A model generated the notes under the pieces. The model saw nothing but the letters and a program-made list of their open reading frames with translations. It made no database searches and was not told the DNA's origin. 64,000 nt of DNA, taken from NCBI GenBank assembly GCA_023511535.1, contig JAIMBK010000009.1, positions 643-64,642 of the forward strand. The letters run 5' to 3'. Shown in pieces: positions 63,893 through 64,000 of the stretch (position 1 is the first letter of the stretch; every line of letters starts with the position of its first letter). A program made the translations under genes and the position numbers. Source of the stretch: Armatimonadota bacterium. Its GTDB lineage: Bacteria > Bacillota > Desulfotomaculia > Desulfotomaculales > Nap2-2B.

Positions 63893-64000
63893 TTTTTCCC
63901 GCCCCCGGACAGGTCCGGTTATGCCGGCAGTGCCGTTGGTGCCGGTTTATTCCTTTCCTGGTTTGGCTTTCGCCTTTTTCATTATCTGCTGGTGCCGCTG

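Overview
This is a GC-rich, almost fully coding chromosomal segment. Gene content (sigH, spoVK, yacP, hfq, yybS, an 11-subunit nuo operon) points to a spore-forming Firmicute of clostridial or Peptococcaceae type; the taxon is inference only. Gene order: cysS (3' part)-mrnC-rlmB-yacP-sigH; a complete trpEGDCFBA operon; aroF (DAHP synthase); a lone cheW; miaB; a translationally coupled hydantoinase-like + histone-deacetylase-like pair; miaA-hfq; spoVK; a ynbB-like PLP enzyme; lysR + dctS/dctR-type two-component system + an orphan DctP-family binding protein; a 5-gene HAAT-type ABC importer; rplS-lepB-rbgA-rnhB (rnhB frameshifted); nuoABCDHIJKLMN with no nuoEFG. A mixed-strand region follows: acyl-CoA dehydrogenase, amidase-domain protein, rpsF-ssb-rpsR, yybS-rplI-Lon-like protease-dnaB, Uma2 nuclease, purA, FAD oxidoreductase, NUDIX, mscS, a MazG-like protein, two 2-hydroxyacyl-CoA-dehydratase-family genes and a polysaccharide deacetylase. 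I saw no rRNA, tRNA, CRISPR, transposase or phage genes. Five things deserve attention. (1) Nearly every intergenic spacer is built from degenerate short-period tandem repeats: heptamers such as TTAGGGA, CCCCAAT and GACCTCC, and 8-mers of GNNCAAAG type. A roughly 130-bp MITE-like inverted-repeat element occurs in several copies. The arrays often start at or within a few nt of a stop codon, they sit inside the nuo operon, and similar short-period arrays occur in frame inside rbgA and at the 5' end of miaB. (2) The trp leader carries a TRAP-type (G/U)AG triplet array plus a terminator. (3) miaB and miaA-hfq flank a hydantoinase-like/HDAC-like cassette where many Firmicutes carry mutS-mutL. (4) rnhB is broken by a 1-nt frameshift next to a G7 run. 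(5) An orphan TRAP-type binding protein sits beside a DcuS/DcuR-type two-component system and an unrelated ABC importer. All functional calls rest on motif recognition in the supplied translations; no database search was possible.
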